The notes beneath the pieces were generated by a model. The model was not told the DNA's origin, did no database searches, and saw only the letters and a program-made list of their open reading frames with translations. 64,000 nt of DNA, from contig CAYRKM010000001.1 in NCBI GenBank assembly GCA_964425075.1, forward strand, positions 331,060-395,059, written 5' to 3'. This DNA is from an uncultured Gammaproteobacteria bacterium (GTDB lineage: Bacteria; Patescibacteriota; Microgenomatia; Levybacterales; GWA1-39-11). The translations under genes were made by a program, and so were the position numbers. Within the stretch, counting starts at the first letter, position 1. The number at the start of each line of letters is the position of its first letter. Shown here piece after piece: positions 46,152 through 53,996 of the stretch.

Positions 46152-47096
46152 ATGATTAGTCACGGATATTATATTCTTAAATTATTACGTCCACGCCAGT
46201 GGATAAAAAATCTTGCGCTTTTCGCCGGAATTACATTTGCAGGCCAACTTTTTAGCGGTAATTTTTTCATCCAGGTTGTCGAAGGAGTTTTTGCTTTTTG
46301 TCTTCTTTCTTCTTCTACTTATATTTTTAACGACCTGGTTGATGTTCAGAAAGATAGACTTCATCCATTCAAAAGACTTCGACCTATCGCGTCTGGAAAA
46401 GTATCTGTTTCTGAGGCAGTTGTAATTCTTGTCGTTATTTTTATTGCTGCCTTATTCATATCATTTAGTATTAGTTGGATTTTTGGTTTAATCGCAATTT
46501 TGTATGTGATTCTCCAAATTCTTTATTCAACAGTATTTAAGTCAATTACAATTTTTGACATTCTTTTTATTGCAACTGGGTATATTTTAAGAATTCTTGC
46601 AGGTGAGGCAATTTCAAATTTTCACATTTCTGTTTGGTTACTTCTTACAACCATCTCACTTTCCCTATTTTTGGCGGTTGGCAAACGTCGCTCTGAGCTT
46701 ACGCTTCTCCAAAATCTAAAAGGTGCCAAAATTGATGAGGTTAGAAAAACGCTATCTCATTATTCTCAGGGTTTACTTGATTCTTTCTCAGTTATTTTTG
46801 CTACATCAACATTTGTGTTTTATGCAATGTTTACGTTCCTTGCAAATCCAAGAGGAATTACGATTGGGCTTGATTTTCTTCTTCCAGAATTTTTGCCTTA
46901 CTATTTAAATAGAAAGTGGTTGATGATAACAATTTTGCCAGTAATTTATGGGCTTATGCGATATCTTCAGGATATTTATGAGAAAAAAGAAGGAGAAAGT
47001 CCTGACAAGGTTTTGTTGTCAGACAAGCCTTTATTAGCCTCAGTTATTATTTGGGTATTTTTAGTAATGTTTGTAATTTATGTAGTTGGAGGTTAG
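46152..47096 (+). CDS. UbiA-family prenyltransferase (decaprenyl-phosphate phosphoribosyltransferase-like)
   Basis: NDLVDVQKDRLHPFKRLRPIASG (NDxxDxxxD) and about 8 TM helices. Confidence 0.8.
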   Translation: MISHGYYILKLLRPRQWIKNLALFAGITFAGQLFSGNFFIQVVEGVFAFCLLSSSTYIFNDLVDVQKDRLHPFKRLRPIASGKVSVSEAVVILVVIFIAALFISFSISWIFGLIAILYVILQILYSTVFKSITIFDILFIATGYILRILAGEAISNFHISVWLLLTTISLSLFLAVGKRRSELTLLQNLKGAKIDEVRKTLSHYSQGLLDSFSVIFATSTFVFYAMFTFLANPRGITIGLDFLLPEFLPYYLNRKWLMITILPVIYGLMRYLQDIYEKKEGESPDKVLLSDKPLLASVIIWVFLVMFVIYVVGG

Positions 47097-47950
47097 TTTT
47101 TCTTTGCAAATTGGGTACTTATCCAACCAGTAGTATTCTCGTTCACTTGAATTTCGTACCATCCAGACTCTTCTTGTAAAAGGTCAAATGTTTTACCACT
47201 ATCTACCCTTGTAACTTCAGAGAAAGTTGTTCCAGCACCACTTCTTACTCTTAAGAATCCGTTGGGTGTATCAAGAATAGTGACTGTTTCTTTGGCGGTT
47301 GGTGTCGGAGAAATTCCCTCTATGGGTGTTGTTGATGGAGTAGGAGTGGTTGTTAATTCCTCACCTGTTCCCTCAGTTCCGAGAGTAGCGTTAACAATTA
47401 ACTTGTGCCCTTCAACAGTTCTAATTCGAATTGTTTTTTTGGCAAAACCTTGCTTTTGTATCTCAAGTTCGTGTTCTGAAACTGAAAGCTTATCGGTTGT
47501 AAAAGGTGTAGCTCCGCTTGCAACGCTATCAATTGTGACCATTGCTCCTTCTGGAATTGAAGTGACTATCAATTCCCCTTTTTGACTTTGCGACTTTTCA
47601 AGGGTTAGAACATATGAACTTGCAAGTGAGCCAGGGAGAAATGTTCTGTCAATTGCGGTTAATACACCACCATTTATTCGAATCCGTGCTGCGTATGCGG
47701 TGTAGGTCGTGTCATGGGGCTCAATTCTAATATCATATTCCCCAGACTGGAGTGTATCGTTTTGGTTGCATTTACAGAGTTGAGTGTCGCCTATCAAATT
47801 TCCATTTAGATAAACTCGACTTTTAATATTTGCAGTAACTTGTAGTGCCCCCCTCTCAACATTCTTGAATGAGAAAAGAACTCTTACAAAAAGAAAGAGA
47901 CCAGAAGCAACGAGTAGTATTGAAAGGCCAAATAGAAGCTTTCTTTTCAT
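47093..47950 (-). CDS. Secreted/anchored PEGA-domain protein with a C-terminal bacterial SH3 (SH3b) domain
   Basis: N-terminal signal/TM, PEGA-like ELIVTSIPEGAMVTIDSV, a TP-rich linker, and SH3b-like GFLRVRSGAGTTFSEVTRVDSGKTFDLLQEESGWYEIQ...GWIS. Confidence 0.55.
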   Translation of the reverse strand: MKRKLLFGLSILLVASGLFLFVRVLFSFKNVERGALQVTANIKSRVYLNGNLIGDTQLCKCNQNDTLQSGEYDIRIEPHDTTYTAYAARIRINGGVLTAIDRTFLPGSLASSYVLTLEKSQSQKGELIVTSIPEGAMVTIDSVASGATPFTTDKLSVSEHELEIQKQGFAKKTIRIRTVEGHKLIVNATLGTEGTGEELTTTPTPSTTPIEGISPTPTAKETVTILDTPNGFLRVRSGAGTTFSEVTRVDSGKTFDLLQEESGWYEIQVNENTTGWISTQFAKKN

Positions 47951-47990
47951 AGCTTTTGAATATACATCATAATAGCAAAGATAGCCCCTC

Positions 47991-48025
47991 TTGACAAATT
48001 AGCACTCCCCATGCTAGACTGATAA
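47991..48025 (+). promoter_or_regulatory. hsp20 promoter (TTGACA) overlapped by a degenerate CIRCE-like element TTAGCACTC-N9-GACTGATAA
   Basis: TTGACAaaTTAGCACTCcccatgctaGACTGATAA. The left half-site is a perfect CIRCE half and the right half matches 7 of 9 to GAGTGCTAA. On the opposite strand the same region carries TTGTCA-17-TATTAT for the PEGA gene. Confidence 0.5.
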
Positions 48026-48184
48026 ATACTAAGAGGTTTGGGTACAAAAATGTCCACCAAATCTTACTTCAAGCCTTTCCAGTTCGATTTCGAACACGGT
48101 TTGAAGAGCGATTCAGGCGGATGCAAGAATCTCTAGGTTTCGATCTTGAGAATCTCAGCGAGAGATTCTAACGGAGGTGAAAAA

Positions 48185-48608
48185 TATGTCAGATTCAAGA
48201 GTTCGTTCACTTACACCATTTTTTAGGCTTCCAAGTGTTTGGGATGAAGATGAGTGGCCATCATTTTTCCATTCTCCTCAAAACCTAGATGTTTACGAAA
48301 CCGATAACGAAGTTGTCGTGAAAGCCGCAGTTCCAGGAATTCCAGCCGATAAAGTTGATGTAACCTTTGAGGATGGAGTTTTAAGAATTTCAGGTCGAGT
48401 TGAGGAAAAAGAAGAGGAAAAGCAAAAAAGACAGGTAGTGCATGTAGAGCATAGAGCTCGCATGTTTGACTACACGGCTACTCTTCCGCGAGCAATTGAT
48501 GCTGGAAAAATCAGCGCTGAAGTAGAAGACGGAGTTGTTACAGTTACTGCTCCAATCGCAGAAGCATCAAAACCTAAAAAAATAACTGTTAAGGCAAAGG
48601 GTAAGTAA
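48185..48608 (+). CDS. Small heat-shock protein (Hsp20/alpha-crystallin family)
   Basis: Alpha-crystallin domain LDVYETDNEVVVKAAVPGIPADKVDVTFEDGVLRISG...AEVEDGVVTVTAP. SD GGAGGTG lies 6 nt before the ATG; the track ORF starts at an upstream GTG. Confidence 0.85.
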
Positions 48609-48634
48609 GTTCAGATAAAGGTTAGGATTCTCAA

Positions 48635-48663
48635 AAACCTCCCTGAGAATGGGAGGTTTTTTT
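48635..48663. terminator. Bidirectional rho-independent terminator between hsp20 and the convergent small gene
   Basis: AAACCTCCCtgagaatGGGAGGTTT is followed by TTTTTT on the + strand and by TTTTTGAG on the - strand. An overlapping alternative stem ATTCTCA/TGAGAAT is present. Confidence 0.7.
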
Positions 48664-48847
48664 ATCCCTTGGGAACCCTGAATCCAAAGTAAGAAAAAAC
48701 AACCGTAGAAAAAAATGCAAGACCCATTATTTGAGTAATGTTGACGTCGTTTGCATAAATTATTACATAGGCAGTAGCAAGCCAATGGACGACTATAATG
48801 ATTGCCACCCAAGGATATTTACTATAAAAATTAAGAAATCTTTCCAT
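48662..48847 (-). CDS. Small hypothetical membrane protein (61 aa)
   Basis: A two-helix hydrophobic ORF ending at the bidirectional terminator. Support is weak. Confidence 0.3.
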   Translation of the reverse strand: MERFLNFYSKYPWVAIIIVVHWLATAYVIIYANDVNITQIMGLAFFSTVVFSYFGFRVPKG

Positions 48848-50324
48848 TTTTCTTATTATACTTCTTTAGATAGTTATTTATAAGATTGTAGATTTCGTAA
48901 TCTGCTTCAATTAAGTATGCTAGCCATTCATTCAATTCTTCAAGAGCTTTTTCACGCCCTAGTTTTCTTGATACACCGGTAATTCCTAAATCGGGTAGAT
49001 AAGGCAAATTTGGATTGGATTCAAAAAATTTTCGAATCTCACTTGTTGCGAAATAATCTGGCTTTAGTTGTTTTGAAACAAACCCTAGGGTTGCCAAGAG
49101 CTTTATAAAAGTTGCAATTTCTTTAGGAACTCTTAATCTATAACTTCTGGCGGCGGATAAAAGTTTCATAAAAACGATAGAATAATCAGTTTTATTACTA
49201 TTTAAGTTTTCTGCGTTTCCCATTACTGTTTTTTCGACTGTCTTGGAAAAGTTGTTGGTGAGGGTCATTAAAAATTCGTCAATGTTTTTCTGTTCTATGT
49301 TTGCAGGCAGTGCGCTCCTGATAATTTGTTTTAAATCATCGCATACCATATCAGCAAAATAATAAGTTGAATTTTTAAAATCCTTGTTTCCCATATATTT
49401 CATAAACTTTATGAATGATTCATGATTAAGAGGCCTCCATTCTCCAACAATTCCAAAGTCGATTAATGCAATCTTATTGTCTCTGAGGAGTATTATATTT
49501 CCTGGATGAACATCGGCATGGAAGAATCCATAGTAGAATTCCTGTCTTAAAATCGCCTGGGTCAAAACGCCCGGAGTTTTTTCAATATCTACACCATATT
49601 TTAATATACGTTTTCTATCGAGTCTTCCATCTTTTAAGCCTCTTAGCACCTTGCTTAGATGTATTCCTTCGATATACTCTTGGATTAAAATTCTCTTTGT
49701 AGAATATTTAGGATAAGTTTTTGGGATAACGATGAAAGGATCGTCTTTTAAATTGTCATACATTTTTTGGGCACTTTTTGCCTCAGTTATATAGTCTAGC
49801 TCTTGAAGTGTCCATTTTTCAAACTCTTCCCCAAATTCCTTCCACGAAAGAGCGGGTATTTTGAAAAAGAGATCTGCCAGATAGACTAGTATATTAACTA
49901 TAAATAAATCAACCCGTACGTCATCTTCAATTCCGGGTCTCAATATTTTAATTACTACAACTTTATCGTCAAAAATCGCTCTATGTACTTGTCCGAAGGA
50001 ACCAGCAGCAAATGGTTCGGTTTCAAAATCAAGAAATATTTCATCTGGATATGCACCAAGTTCTATTTGAAATATTTCCTTTACTTTTTCGTAGGAAAAG
50101 GGTTTAACGTTATCCAATAGATCCATTATCTCAAGCGAATATTCTCGTGGAAGAATATCAAGCCTTAATGCTAATAGTTGACCAAACTTAATAAAAGAAC
50201 CACCTGTTTCTTCGAAAAAAGATTTCATAAAAGTAGCTTGGTGCTTTTTATAAATACCAGTTTTAATTAGAAGATAGAGGAATCCAAATTTGAGCAGTAT
50301 CCAAACAATGTAGAAAAAACGCAT
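48831..50324 (-). CDS. ABC1/UbiB-family atypical protein kinase
   Basis: FAAGSFGQVHRA, the kinase-like FFHADVHPGNIIL and IDFGIVG, and an N-terminal TM. Confidence 0.8.
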   Translation of the reverse strand: MRFFYIVWILLKFGFLYLLIKTGIYKKHQATFMKSFFEETGGSFIKFGQLLALRLDILPREYSLEIMDLLDNVKPFSYEKVKEIFQIELGAYPDEIFLDFETEPFAAGSFGQVHRAIFDDKVVVIKILRPGIEDDVRVDLFIVNILVYLADLFFKIPALSWKEFGEEFEKWTLQELDYITEAKSAQKMYDNLKDDPFIVIPKTYPKYSTKRILIQEYIEGIHLSKVLRGLKDGRLDRKRILKYGVDIEKTPGVLTQAILRQEFYYGFFHADVHPGNIILLRDNKIALIDFGIVGEWRPLNHESFIKFMKYMGNKDFKNSTYYFADMVCDDLKQIIRSALPANIEQKNIDEFLMTLTNNFSKTVEKTVMGNAENLNSNKTDYSIVFMKLLSAARSYRLRVPKEIATFIKLLATLGFVSKQLKPDYFATSEIRKFFESNPNLPYLPDLGITGVSRKLGREKALEELNEWLAYLIEADYEIYNLINNYLKKYNKKNGKIS

Positions 50325-50330
50325 GATTTT

Positions 50331-50486
50331 TTATGATCCTCGTGCAAAACCTAGGAAGAAAAGAGTGAGGACCGTGACTGTGGAATACAAATAAATTGCA
50401 TTTGGTTCTACGATATTGAATGAGAGGACGGTTAGTGTTGCTCCCCAAACTCCCAATATGGAAAGACATACCCAAGGATATCTCAT
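50331..50486 (-). CDS. Candidate small membrane protein (51 aa; MRYPWVCLSILGVWGATLTVLSFNIVEPNAIYLYSTVTVLTLFFLGFARGS) below the ORF-track size cut-off
   Basis: An ATG ORF with two hydrophobic segments in the 200-nt gap between the UbiB-like gene and metG. Only positional and hydropathy evidence supports it. Confidence 0.3.
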   Translation of the reverse strand: MRYPWVCLSILGVWGATLTVLSFNIVEPNAIYLYSTVTVLTLFFLGFARGS

Positions 50487-50523
50487 GAGCCTATTATAGG
50501 AAGTGGGGTCTACTAATGCAATC

Positions 50524-51960
50524 TTATGATATACGAGGAAACAGTGGTTCTCCTGATTTTATTTCTCCACTAAATTGAGAAAGAATTTTTTCAGAGGTTT
50601 CAGGAAGGAAAGGTTGAAGGTTATAGGCAATCTGACTGATATTTGAGACAAAAATACTAAGCCCTGTTTTTAAAGAGGCCCCTTGAAGTTTCCATGGTTC
50701 TGTTTCGTTTATCTTTTTATCAATATCTTTTATGGTTCTCCAAATGAAATTCAAAGCTTCATTAAAAGAATAATTGTTAAATTGCTCTACAACATATGGA
50801 TCAAAACGTAAAAATTCTGGTGTAAATTCCATTCCCTCTTTTTCACAAAGCCGTGCAACACGGGCAACTAAGTTTCCTAGACCATTTGCAAGGTCAGCGT
50901 TGTAAACAACTTTTAATTTTTCTTCAGAAAAATCTCCGTCCTCCGTTGAAGGGATTTGTGATAAAAAATAGTATCGCAGTGCATCTGTTCCGTATTTATT
51001 TATCAAATCAATTGGGTCAATTACATTTCCCAAAGTTTTTGACATTTTTTGTCCATCTACCGTAAAGTATCCATGCACAAAAAGCGATTTTGGTAATGGG
51101 AGTTTGGCAGACAATAGAAAAGCTGGCCAGTAAATTGCATGGAATCTTGTGATCCCCTTTCCAATTACATGGACATCGGCTGGCCAATATGTATCATATT
51201 GTTCTCCAAGTCCGCTTCTGTAAATATTTAATGCATCAAACCATACATACATTCGTTGTGTTTCATCTCCGGGAACGGGTACTCCCCAATTTTTAGCGCG
51301 CTCATTGGAACGGGAAATGCTGATATCTTGTAGCCCTCTTTTTATAAATGAAAGCATTTCATTCTTTCGGGATAAGGGTGTAATTTTTAGTTCATCATTC
51401 TCAAGGAGTTTTTCAATTTGTTCTTGATAGCGACTTAATTTAAAGAAATAATTTGATTCACTCACTTCCTGCAATGGTTTACCAGGATGTTCAAAACATT
51501 CTCCATTTTCGTTTAATTCCTCTTTTTCATAAAATAATTCACAGCCGATGCAGTAAAAACCAGTGTAGTCTTTTTTGTAAATATCCCCTGCATCTTCACA
51601 TAATTTCCATAATTCTTGAGAAGATTTGTGGTGGTCTGGGGCACTTCCTTTTTGGAAAAAGTCAAACTGAACATTCAGTCTTTTTGCTAACTCTGCAAAT
51701 AAATTAGAATTTTCATCAACAAATTCCTGCACGTTTTGTCCCGCAACTTCTGCTGCCTGTACGTTTTTTAATGCATTCTCATCGCTTCCTGATAATAAGA
51801 CGGTATCATTTCCAAGAAGCTTATGATGCCTTGCAATAACGTCAGCTTGAACAAATTCCAATGCATGGCCGACATGCGGCTTGGCATTAACATATGGTAT
51901 AGCGGTTGTTATGTAAAACTTTCGTTTTACGCTGACGTCGTCATCTAAAAATTTATTCAT
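50524..51960 (-). CDS. metG: Methionyl-tRNA synthetase (short form, no C-terminal tRNA-binding domain)
   Basis: HIGH-region PYVNAKPHVGHA, a zinc knuckle CIGCE...CFEH, and KMSKTLGNVIDP. The track ORF starts at a TTG at 51996; the ATG (MNKFLDD) is at 51960. Confidence 0.9.
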   Translation of the reverse strand: MNKFLDDDVSVKRKFYITTAIPYVNAKPHVGHALEFVQADVIARHHKLLGNDTVLLSGSDENALKNVQAAEVAGQNVQEFVDENSNLFAELAKRLNVQFDFFQKGSAPDHHKSSQELWKLCEDAGDIYKKDYTGFYCIGCELFYEKEELNENGECFEHPGKPLQEVSESNYFFKLSRYQEQIEKLLENDELKITPLSRKNEMLSFIKRGLQDISISRSNERAKNWGVPVPGDETQRMYVWFDALNIYRSGLGEQYDTYWPADVHVIGKGITRFHAIYWPAFLLSAKLPLPKSLFVHGYFTVDGQKMSKTLGNVIDPIDLINKYGTDALRYYFLSQIPSTEDGDFSEEKLKVVYNADLANGLGNLVARVARLCEKEGMEFTPEFLRFDPYVVEQFNNYSFNEALNFIWRTIKDIDKKINETEPWKLQGASLKTGLSIFVSNISQIAYNLQPFLPETSEKILSQFSGEIKSGEPLFPRIS

Positions 51961-52002
51961 AAAGTTAATTGTATCAATTTTTGAGGCTAATAACAAGGAA
52001 AT

Positions 52003-52335
52003 TTACTTTTTGGAAAAGAAAAGAAATTCCACAAGAATAATGATTATAAAAAGAAGGATTGGATAAAGAATATTAGTGAAATCAAAAAAACGCAGTAGCA
52101 AAACTCCTTCCAGAAATACACCAACCAAAATTCCTCTCCTTAAGCTTTTCAAAGCATATACGCTAAAGCCTACAGCACTTATAAAAAGAAAAAAGAAAAG
52201 AAATGGAATAGGAGAAAGAGAAAAATTTGAAATTGAAAAATTTTCTTCAGGATTGATTGTTAGGACATAGACTAGAGAAATTATTAATCCAAAAATTCCC
52301 AAAAAAAGGTATTGGAGAAATTTTTTGTTAAACAT
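52003..52335 (-). CDS. Small hypothetical membrane protein (110 aa, about 3 TM), first gene of the metG transcription unit
   Basis: ATG at 52333-52335. It is hydrophobic, has no motif, and sits 6 nt upstream of the metG ORF. Confidence 0.45.
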   Translation of the reverse strand: MFNKKFLQYLFLGIFGLIISLVYVLTINPEENFSISNFSLSPIPFLFFFLFISAVGFSVYALKSLRRGILVGVFLEGVLLLRFFDFTNILYPILLFIIIILVEFLFFSKK

Positions 52336-52384
52336 CTAACTAGCGTATCAAAAATATCTTGATGCTACAATTTATTCGCCCTTC

Positions 52385-52580
52385 AAGAAAACCCTGAGCT
52401 TGTCGAAGGGATGACGTTCTGCATAGCAGAACGAATGCATTAAAGTAAGAAAACATCTTCTTTAGAGAATACCCCAAGTTTTAGCTTGGGGAAGATGTTA
52501 TATTACAACCCCTTGACCCGTTCGACTCACTTTGTTCGCTCAGGATCTGCGCCCATCCGTAGCTTTCAGCGAAGGAGGGC
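52385..52580 (-). ncRNA. Candidate structured leader or sRNA on the minus strand: a GC-richer segment with a closing helix, two internal hairpins and U-tracts
   Basis: On the minus strand, CCUGAGC..GUCGAA..GGG (52550-52516) pairs with CCCUUCGACAAGCUCAGGG (52410-52392) and is followed by UUUUCUUG. Inside, hairpin AACAUCUUCCCCAAGcuaaaaCUUGGGGuauucucuaaaGAAGAUGUU is followed by UUUUCUUACUUU (52500-52441). A second hairpin GUUCUGCuauGCAGAAC is at 52432-52415. Assignment as an RNA is inference only. Confidence 0.35.
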
Positions 52581-52617
52581 TTGACATCATTTAGCACTCA
52601 TGCTATATTATTGCTAA
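52581..52617 (+). promoter_or_regulatory. hrcA promoter TTGACA-17-TATATT overlapped by a degenerate CIRCE element TTAGCACTC-N9-TATTGCTAA
   Basis: TTGACAtcaTTAGCACTCatgcTATATTaTTGCTAA. The CIRCE left half is perfect and the right half retains TGCTAA. Confidence 0.55.
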
Positions 52618-52734
52618 AGCAATCGAAGGATTGTAAATTTCAAGAACTAAGCACCAAATAACAAATAAATAGTTTAAATTTTAATATTCATTTTTTTGAA
52701 ACTTGTAATTTGGATCTTGGAATTTTAAATATCT

Positions 52735-53457
52735 ATGTACGATTTAACACAAAGACAGATAGAAATCCTTAAACATATCGTTAAGGAGTACATTGACACC
52801 GCAAATCCAGTGGGCTCAGAAACCCTTGAGAAGAAATACGATCTTGGAGTTTCTCCTGCAACCATAAGAAATGAAATGGCAGAAATGGTCAAGAAGGGGT
52901 ATCTCGCAAAACCTCATACTTCAGCAGGAAGGGTTCCAACATCAAAGGCAATGAAGCTATATGTTAATGAATTGATGAAGGAAAAAGATCTTTCAGTTGC
53001 AGAAGAGGTAGAAGCAAGAGAAAAGGTATGGGATACAAGAGGACAAGAAGGAGATTTTTTAAGAGTCGCAACCAAAAGATTAGCTGATAAAACCGGAACT
53101 CTTGCAGTTGCAAGAACTGACAATGGTGACTTTTTCTGCTCTGGATACTCAAACATCCTAGAAATGCCCGAGTTTTATGACATAGATGTTACGAAAAACT
53201 TGCTTTCTTTGCTTGACAATTCTGCTTATTTTGATACTATTTTTGGTAGAATTCACGAAAAATTTGCAGTAATTTTAGGTGAGGATTTGGAGCTTGAGGT
53301 ATTTAGGCCTTACAGTTTTGTTTTTTCCCGATTTCATACAAGAGGTAATCACGATGGCACAATTGGTGTAATAGGACCCTCCAGGCTTAGATATGAATAT
53401 ATTGTGCCAGTAGTAAGATATTACGGCAACTTGGTTGAAGAAGTGGCAGGATGGTAA
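52735..53457 (+). CDS. hrcA: Heat-inducible transcription repressor HrcA (short form)
   Basis: N-terminal wHTH LTQRQIEILKHIVKEYIDTANPVGSETLEKKYDLGVSPATIRNEMAEMVKKGYLAKPHTSAGRVPT. It heads hrcA-grpE-dnaK. Confidence 0.85.
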   Translation: MYDLTQRQIEILKHIVKEYIDTANPVGSETLEKKYDLGVSPATIRNEMAEMVKKGYLAKPHTSAGRVPTSKAMKLYVNELMKEKDLSVAEEVEAREKVWDTRGQEGDFLRVATKRLADKTGTLAVARTDNGDFFCSGYSNILEMPEFYDIDVTKNLLSLLDNSAYFDTIFGRIHEKFAVILGEDLELEVFRPYSFVFSRFHTRGNHDGTIGVIGPSRLRYEYIVPVVRYYGNLVEEVAGW

Positions 53458-53501
53458 TGAATTCAGTTGATAGTTTTTAGTTATTAGTGATTAGTTATAA
53501 A

Positions 53502-53960
53502 ATGGATGCGGTTAATAAAAAAACAAAACAAAAGAAAGAACCAGCGCATTCAGACGAAGAGGCAAGAATTGAAGAGCTTGAAAATCAATTAAAGAGAGCG
53601 GTTGCCGACTATAAGAACCTTGAAAGAAGAACTGAGGAAGAAAGACGAGAAGTTATTAGATATGCAAATAAAGATCTGATAATAAATCTTCTTCCAGCAT
53701 TTGACGCTTTGTTCTTGGCAGCAAAATTTACCGAAGACCAAGGTGTTAAATTAACAGCACAACGAGTTCTTGAAATTTTGAAAGAACAAGGGATTGAGAA
53801 AGTTGAGACAAACAATGTACAATTTAATGCTGAGGAGATGGAATGCGTAGAAGTAGTGTCGGGAGAGAAAGACAGAGTAATTGAAGAAATCCGTCCGGGA
53901 TTTAAAATTTACGGAAAATTAATACGACCCGCACATGTAAAAGTGGGTTCTGGTAACTAA
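53502..53960 (+). CDS. grpE: Nucleotide exchange factor GrpE
   Basis: Coiled-coil N-terminus, DYKNLERRTEEERREVIRYANKDLIINLLPAFDAL, and a C-terminal beta domain. The track ORF starts at a GTG at 53487. Confidence 0.85.
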   Translation: MDAVNKKTKQKKEPAHSDEEARIEELENQLKRAVADYKNLERRTEEERREVIRYANKDLIINLLPAFDALFLAAKFTEDQGVKLTAQRVLEILKEQGIEKVETNNVQFNAEEMECVEVVSGEKDRVIEEIRPGFKIYGKLIRPAHVKVGSGN

Positions 53961-53996
53961 TTTTAAAAATTGATTTAAAATTAAAAATTAAAAATT

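Noticed and set aside
50263-50475. ORF-track ORF 50263..50475 (-)
   Set aside because: It overlaps the UbiB-like gene start and has odd composition. The alternative 51-codon ORF in another frame (50331-50486) has clearer membrane-peptide character, though it is itself low confidence.
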